The position numbers and the translations under genes are program-made. From Spirochaetaceae bacterium (GTDB taxonomy: Bacteria; Spirochaetota; Spirochaetia; DSM-2461): DNA of 64,000 nucleotides. How positions within the stretch are numbered: the stretch's first letter is position 1; the number at the start of each line of letters is the position of its first letter. The DNA is taken from positions 320,001 to 384,000 of the forward strand of contig JAOPTT010000005.1 in NCBI GenBank assembly GCA_051531975.1, in the 5' to 3' direction. Under the pieces are notes generated by a model. That model saw only the letters and a program-made list of their open reading frames with translations. It made no database searches and had not been told where the DNA came from. This document shows, in pieces, positions 58,297 to 64,000 of the stretch.

Positions 58297-59817
58297 TTGG
58301 AGGACTTAATGCTGGAATTAAAAAATATTACTAAGACATTCCCAGGTACCAAAGCTTTGGATGATGTAAGTCTAAATTTTCATCCAGGAGAGATTCATGC
58401 TCTCTTGGGAGAAAATGGAGCTGGGAAGAGTACACTTATAAATATCATTTGTGGAATATATTCAGAATATGAAGGAAAAGTATTACTAAATGGTGAACAA
58501 CTAGAATTAAAAAGTTATCAGGATGCATTAAATCATGGAATCAGTATTGTAAATCAAGAGATTCAAACTATTCCTGATAGTACAGTAGCTGAGAATATTA
58601 TGCTTGATAAACTTGAAAGGTTCCAAAAACATGGACGTATAAATTGGAAAGAGTTAAATAAAACTGCAGAGAAATATATAGATATGGTTCACTTAGACAT
58701 AGACTCAAATGAAAAAGTTGAGCTACTAAGTACTGCACAAAAACAGCTCATTCAAATTGCTAAAGCTTTAGCATCTGAAACTCCTGTTTTGTTACTTGAT
58801 GAACCAACCTCTGCATTAACAGAACATGAAACTAAAGTTCTTTTTGTTTTACTTCGTGAACTTAAAGAGCAGGGGAAAAACCTTATATTTGTTTCTCATA
58901 AATTAGAAGAGATTTTTAGTCTGTGTGATAAAGTTAGTGTTATTAGAGATGGTAGGTGGATTGGAACAAACAGTATTGAAGATTTAGATACTGAGGGCAT
59001 TATTAAAATGATGATTGGGCGTGAATCCACGGATGAATATTTAGGAGATTTAAATCCTGATATAAATAATGTTGTTTTAGAAGTTAAAAATCTAACTTTA
59101 AAAAACAAAGTTGATAATACATCTTTCAAACTTAAAAAAGGGGAGATCCTAGGGTTTTATGGTCTTGTTGGATCTGGTAGAACAGAACTTGCTAAGGTAC
59201 TAATTGGTGAAGATCATCCTGAAAGTGGAGAAGTTTTTGTTCATGGAGAATTAGCTCATATCCGCTCCACCTCTGATGCTCTAAATAAATATAGCATTGG
59301 TTATGTCTCTGAAAACCGTAAGGAAGAGGGGTTAATATTAGATTTTCCAGTTGTAACAAATATCGGTATTACTATTTGGAATAAAATCCAACATAAAATA
59401 TCTAGGAGAATCAATACAAAGAAACATAATGGTATTGTTTTGCCATTAATAGGTAAGTTATCCATAAAAGTATCTGACCCAATGCAAGAAGTTCAATCTT
59501 TAAGTGGTGGAAATCAGCAGAAAGTTAGTATTGCTAAATGGTTAGCAGCGGATTGTGATATTTTAATTATTGATGAACCAAGTATAGGTGTTGATATTGG
59601 AGCAAAAGAGTATATACATGAATTAATTTGGGATTTAGCAAAAAATCAGGGTAAATCTATAATATTAATATCTTCGGATCTTCCTGAAATGTTAAAACTT
59701 TCAAGGAGAATCAGTGTATTTCAAAACAAGAAAATTATGGGAACAATTGATAATCTAACAGGTAAACCTAAAGATAATGAAGAAGTCAGTTTAAAGATAG
59801 GTAAATTAATGGTTTAG
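58297..59817 (+). CDS. monosaccharide ABC ATP-binding protein (RbsA-like, two NBDs)
   Basis: GENGAGKST, LLDEPT, LSGGNQQK and IDEPS.GVD motifs. Confidence 0.94.
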   Translation: MEDLMLELKNITKTFPGTKALDDVSLNFHPGEIHALLGENGAGKSTLINIICGIYSEYEGKVLLNGEQLELKSYQDALNHGISIVNQEIQTIPDSTVAENIMLDKLERFQKHGRINWKELNKTAEKYIDMVHLDIDSNEKVELLSTAQKQLIQIAKALASETPVLLLDEPTSALTEHETKVLFVLLRELKEQGKNLIFVSHKLEEIFSLCDKVSVIRDGRWIGTNSIEDLDTEGIIKMMIGRESTDEYLGDLNPDINNVVLEVKNLTLKNKVDNTSFKLKKGEILGFYGLVGSGRTELAKVLIGEDHPESGEVFVHGELAHIRSTSDALNKYSIGYVSENRKEEGLILDFPVVTNIGITIWNKIQHKISRRINTKKHNGIVLPLIGKLSIKVSDPMQEVQSLSGGNQQKVSIAKWLAADCDILIIDEPSIGVDIGAKEYIHELIWDLAKNQGKSIILISSDLPEMLKLSRRISVFQNKKIMGTIDNLTGKPKDNEEVSLKIGKLMV

Positions 59818-59836
59818 TAAAAAGGGTATGAATCTT

Positions 59837-61114
59837 TCATACCTTTTTTTTATTACCATCTCTATATTTCCCAGGTGAAATTCCCGTTAATTTTTTAAAT
59901 ACTTTGCTAAAGTAACTTTGATCTTCGTACCCAACTAATTCAGCTATCAGTGTAAGTTGAATATTTTTGTTCGAAAGAAGATCTTTACTTTTATCAATTC
60001 GAAGTGTATTTAGATAATTAGGAAAGGATACTTTCATCTGCTCTCTAAATATCTTTCCAAAATATGAAGAACTTAAACCAACTTCTTTAGCAACTATATC
60101 TAGTGTTAATTTTTCAGTATAGTGGGCATATAGATACTGCTTTGTCTTATTTATAGTATCAGAATATTTTACTTTCTCTATATCAAAAACATAATCGACA
60201 AATCTAACCACAATTTTTGTTAACCACTCACATAGAGTATCAATACTGTTAAACTGATTTATCTCTTTTAAATAATTAAAGTTTAAACCAAATATATGTT
60301 CTATGTTGGCACCACCATCCATTGCGGCTCTAGATAGTAGTACAACAAGTTCTAAAATCCTGGATTTAATAATATCAAAGTTCTGATCTGTTGAGAAAAA
60401 AACTTCTCCTAAAAACTCATTAAGAAGTGCCTGGGCTCCCTTTTTATCTGCTATTGTTATTAATCTAAGAAGTTCTTTCTCTTTTTCTATTGGATATTCT
60501 TTGGTCTCTTTACCACCCATACTATTAAGATGATGCATGTAATCAGAGATATGAGACTGCTCTGAAGTTTGTAATTGTTCTTTTGTATATATATCGATTT
60601 TTACATCACTTATTATAGATGAGGTATACATCAATAATTGGGATAATGAAGTTAGACGCTCTGGACTAATTTGTGGGATTTTATTTAATGCAGTTTTAAC
60701 TTTTTCTAGATCAGTTTTATTTAATGTATAATTATTTAAGATTTCATTTTGAATGTAATCGTCCCTATCTATTAACAATACTGGACCACCGACCAATGCT
60801 CCCTTAACTACACCATCTTCTAATAATGGAGAGGTAAAGTGTGTAAGAGATAGAGGACAAAAATAAATATATTTACCACCATATCTAATAGCATTATCAC
60901 TACCATAAAGGTGAGTCTGTCGACAATTGATAATCTCCCCAGTAAATTTTGTTAATATTTTACAAAAGGAACAGGCATTAGAATCATTAACACTATCTAA
61001 GGATATAGTTTCTCCATTTTCATCTGTTATAAAGCATTTTATTCCTGTTGATAGTTCAAAATCTTTTGCTGCATTAAAGGCTGTCTTTAAATCTATATCT
61101 TTACTTAGGTTCAT
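59837..61114 (-). CDS. PocR sensor domain AraC-family regulator
   Basis: PocR cysteines (CSFC, NC, YFCP); C-terminal AraC HTH (IAELVGYEDQSYFSKVFKK.TG.SP..YR). Confidence 0.88.
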   Translation of the reverse strand: MNLSKDIDLKTAFNAAKDFELSTGIKCFITDENGETISLDSVNDSNACSFCKILTKFTGEIINCRQTHLYGSDNAIRYGGKYIYFCPLSLTHFTSPLLEDGVVKGALVGGPVLLIDRDDYIQNEILNNYTLNKTDLEKVKTALNKIPQISPERLTSLSQLLMYTSSIISDVKIDIYTKEQLQTSEQSHISDYMHHLNSMGGKETKEYPIEKEKELLRLITIADKKGAQALLNEFLGEVFFSTDQNFDIIKSRILELVVLLSRAAMDGGANIEHIFGLNFNYLKEINQFNSIDTLCEWLTKIVVRFVDYVFDIEKVKYSDTINKTKQYLYAHYTEKLTLDIVAKEVGLSSSYFGKIFREQMKVSFPNYLNTLRIDKSKDLLSNKNIQLTLIAELVGYEDQSYFSKVFKKLTGISPGKYRDGNKKKV

Positions 61115-61180
61115 TAATATATAATATCTTATTCATTAGGTTTTACAAAGGGTATAACATAAATAGAAGGAGTTAAGTTC

Positions 61181-61504
61181 ATGGATAAAAATAACAAAGT
61201 ATATAACAAACTAGTTAGAGATAAGATTCCAGAAATTATATTAAATGTTAATAAAAAACCTATAACAAGAGTTTTATCTACTAAAGAATACGAATTTGAA
61301 CTAACTAGAAAGTTACAAGAAGAGCTTAATGAGTTTAAAGAGGATAGTAGTATAGAAGAACTTGCAGACCTACAGACAGTAATAAATGCCATTTTAATAC
61401 ATAGAAACATTGATAGGCCACAATTTGATAAGCTAATAGAAAAAAAGAACTACGAAAGAGGTGGATTTGAGAAGAGGATATTTTTGGAAACTGTTGAGGT
61501 ATAA
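61181..61504 (+). CDS. MazG-like nucleoside triphosphate pyrophosphohydrolase
   Basis: YNKLVRDKIPEII, KLQEE..EF, EELADL and K..ERGGF.KRIFL motifs. Confidence 0.85.
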   Translation: MDKNNKVYNKLVRDKIPEIILNVNKKPITRVLSTKEYEFELTRKLQEELNEFKEDSSIEELADLQTVINAILIHRNIDRPQFDKLIEKKNYERGGFEKRIFLETVEV

Positions 61505-61516
61505 TTTATTTTGGGC

Positions 61517-61549
61517 AAAAAAAATACTGGCAGTGCCCAGTATTTTTTT
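61517..61549. terminator. bidirectional terminator
   Basis: AAAAAAATACTGG-CAGTGC-CCAGTATTTTTTT between convergent genes. Confidence 0.8.
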
Positions 61550-61574
61550 AATTTTTTGAACCAACTTATATTTA

Positions 61575-62303
61575 TCAGTAAGTATGTTCAGCACCACTAA
61601 ACTCATCAAAGTCTCTTGTAAGTGTATAACTTTGTGTTAATAATACCTCATAATAAACAAAAGTATGTGAACTTGATCCATTAGCACCACTACCCATTAC
61701 AATATCTCCTGTACTAATAGTTCCATCATTATCTTCATCTACACAATATGTATATCCAAAATATTTTGTCCGGTCAAATGCAGCAGTAACTGATACTGAA
61801 ACACTACTACTTGTTGGTATTACAAAAATAGTTGATTCTACTAAATCTCCAACTATAGAATCTGAAGCTAAAACATAAGGAACTTCAAAAAACACTACTA
61901 GAAGTTGTTTATTTGGGTGTCCAGTGAAGTCACCTCCTACTGTTAACATTATCATTGGCATATTACCATCAGTAGCATCAGATGAAGATGAGTTATAGTC
62001 ACTAGCTGTAGCTTGAACCATATATCTATAGGTTAGAGTTTCATCTAAAGAATCATCAGTATATGAAGTTTCTGTTGTTTCAACAAAACTGGAAGATGTA
62101 GTTGGTTCTGTACCATCAGAAGTATAAAAGATATTATAAGATTGTGCATTTGCTACAGCACTCCAGCTTAAATCTAAACACTCTCCACCTTCTACTACAG
62201 TTACAGCACCCATGCTGCCAAGATCTTCATTTCCACCTAAATTGTCACAAGATACAATAGCTAATAACGCTATCATGCTTACAAAGAGTTTTACTAATTT
62301 CAT
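61575..62303 (-). CDS. fibronectin type III domain lipoprotein
   Basis: Lipobox IVSC; LSWSAV..A.SYNIFY, SYTD..L....TYRY.VQA; start placed at MKLVK after AGGAG. Confidence 0.75.
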   Translation of the reverse strand: MKLVKLFVSMIALLAIVSCDNLGGNEDLGSMGAVTVVEGGECLDLSWSAVANAQSYNIFYTSDGTEPTTSSSFVETTETSYTDDSLDETLTYRYMVQATASDYNSSSSDATDGNMPMIMLTVGGDFTGHPNKQLLVVFFEVPYVLASDSIVGDLVESTIFVIPTSSSVSVSVTAAFDRTKYFGYTYCVDEDNDGTISTGDIVMGSGANGSSSHTFVYYEVLLTQSYTLTRDFDEFSGAEHTY

Positions 62304-62445
62304 TTTGTCTCCTAGATTTTGAATTGTATACAAAGTACATATATTTTATTATGTCACGATTGTAACCTAGGTTATTTCATAAAGCAAGTAATAGTTTTTA
62401 TATGCAACTATTGCTCTGATAAAAAAATAGAACAAAAGTTTATAT

Positions 62446-64000
62446 CTAGTTTTTCCAACTATCTACAATATCTGACTTTTGTAAAAATGTAGAAGATAAG
62501 GAATTAGACCTAGCTCTTATTAACTCTTTTCTACCATTGCTGTTTCTAGTGTAATAAAGTTTAGATTTTCCCATATGTCTATTCCAATATTTATGAAATA
62601 TTTGTGCTTTAATCTTATTATATGCAAAAACCGATGGAACAGAGTGATAGTCTAAAGTATGTATTATAAACTTTTGTTCCCTTGTAATTAAGTATCTAGG
62701 GGTTTCTACCTGGCCAACAATCTCTGCCATAGCTTTAAGAAAGATAGATTGTTCATATACTGAGCAGTTTTTTATTTTACAGCTAATAACACCTTGGTTA
62801 TCAGAGGTAGTTTCTAAAACTACCTTTGTTGGAGATTCAAACATATCTAAAACCTTCATTGTATCTAATACGGTCAGTGCAATCTGTTTGAAACTAGACG
62901 ATATGGAACCATGTTTAAACAGAAGAATAATTGCTTTTACTGTAGGTACTAAAAATGTTAACAGGCCTATAACCCCAGAATAGGTAACTACAGTCATAAA
63001 GTTTCTAAATGAGGTATTATCACTTTTTAACATAAAAGTAATACCCTCTTGAAAGAAACTTCCAATAGTAAATAGAGCAGTGAATAGACTCTGAATTATT
63101 AAATACTTTATGGTTTTATTGAATATAAACTGTCTTTGTAATACTTTCCTTGGTGATTTAATCTCTTTTACTAAACTTCCCCCTTTTTGAGTATTAATAG
63201 CACTAAACCATCTGTCATATAACTCTTGTCTATTATTTCCTCGACATGTAACAATACTATTTAACTCTTCTGCTTTTATATTTTGAATATTAGGCAGATT
63301 TAATCTATTAATTCCGTTTGAAATTTGATTTTTTTTTGAATCTAATCCTATAAAACATTTGAATCGATTAGTTAATAATTCATAGTCATCATTATTTTCT
63401 CTATTTACAGGATCAAAACACATTAAGTGCCAAATATTAGATGTTTTATGTGGATTCGTTATATCAGTTCTAATAGCCCTACCTCTTATCTGGTTAGAGA
63501 ACATATAGGAACCAACAAAGGTTGCCATAATTAGTGAATTTATAGCTGGGCAATCCCATCCTTCCCCTAACAGAGACTTGGTACCAATTATTATGTTTAA
63601 TATACCATTTGTGAACAGGTCAGTAATAATATTTACTATTCTATTTTTTTTACTGGAAGTCAAAATGACTTCAGAAAAGTGTTCTAGGGTAGGTTTAGGT
63701 TGGAATGTAATATCAGATTCTAAAACTTTATATTTTTTAGCTGTCCTGATAAAACTATCTTTTGCAGAATTTGGAATTACAGTTATAGTTCCACTTAAAA
63801 CAACGATTTTATCAGTATAGTTAAATGATGAGTCTTTATTAGAGTTATATAAGTATTTAAAAATAGGTACAACACCAAACTTATCAATATCACTATTATG
63901 GGTTAAGACATCTTTTCTAACATAATCAGATAATACTACTAACCTTAAGTCTGATTGTAGGTTTTCATATTCACTGTCTATAATCTCTCTTATGCTTCGA
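62446..64000 (-). CDS. SF2 (DEAD/DEAH, ResIII-like) helicase, C-terminal part (5' end outside window)
   Basis: Frame stays open to the window edge (...LRLVVLSDYVRKD...GVVPIF...); GTKSLLGEGWDCP and NQIRGRAIR helicase motifs V/VI; two TM-like segments near the C-terminus. Confidence 0.85.
   Translation of the reverse strand, partial: RSIREIIDSEYENLQSDLRLVVLSDYVRKDVLTHNSDIDKFGVVPIFKYLYNSNKDSSFNYTDKIVVLSGTITVIPNSAKDSFIRTAKKYKVLESDITFQPKPTLEHFSEVILTSSKKNRIVNIITDLFTNGILNIIIGTKSLLGEGWDCPAINSLIMATFVGSYMFSNQIRGRAIRTDITNPHKTSNIWHLMCFDPVNRENNDDYELLTNRFKCFIGLDSKKNQISNGINRLNLPNIQNIKAEELNSIVTCRGNNRQELYDRWFSAINTQKGGSLVKEIKSPRKVLQRQFIFNKTIKYLIIQSLFTALFTIGSFFQEGITFMLKSDNTSFRNFMTVVTYSGVIGLLTFLVPTVKAIILLFKHGSISSSFKQIALTVLDTMKVLDMFESPTKVVLETTSDNQGVISCKIKNCSVYEQSIFLKAMAEIVGQVETPRYLITREQKFIIHTLDYHSVPSVFAYNKIKAQIFHKYWNRHMGKSKLYYTRNSNGRKELIRARSNSLSSTFLQKSDIVDSWKN

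Overview
AT-rich (visibly low-GC) bacterial chromosome segment, most likely from a free-living spirochaete (inferred from spirochaete-style lipoproteins, the large TPR membrane proteins and the 'xGxKE'-type exported substrate-binding proteins). It is densely coding, with about 60 CDS; I could not recognise any rRNA, tRNA, CRISPR array or classical IS. Left part (1-24 kb): housekeeping genes (folP-folB-folK, pth-mtnN-luxS, cmoAB-ychF, hisC, fhs), TPR proteins, a SelB-like protein without a GTPase domain, a metallophosphoesterase/ParB-like pair and a HisJ-ACT fusion. Middle and right: an Rpn (PDDEXK_2) nuclease with a clear internal RBS/ATG for a small C-terminal product; an MFS/ArsR pair; two sugar-utilisation loci; guaC; a putative envelope-glycosylation cluster (2x SMR/EamA + GT2 + ATP-grasp + NitT/TauT ABC + ArnT-like); a sulfur-relay operon (split YeeE, TusA/YeeD, TrxR, two exported rhodaneses); a mutarotase/URO-D/ABC/PocR locus; and a truncated helicase at the right edge. 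Non-coding signals worth follow-up: a ~50-nt element repeated in the leaders of pth and the HisJ-ACT gene, overlapping their RBS; a putative ECF-sigma-driven anti-Shine-Dalgarno sRNA between hisC and fhs; and a perfect 37-bp palindrome inside a convergent gene overlap. All family calls come from motif recognition by eye; no database searches were run.
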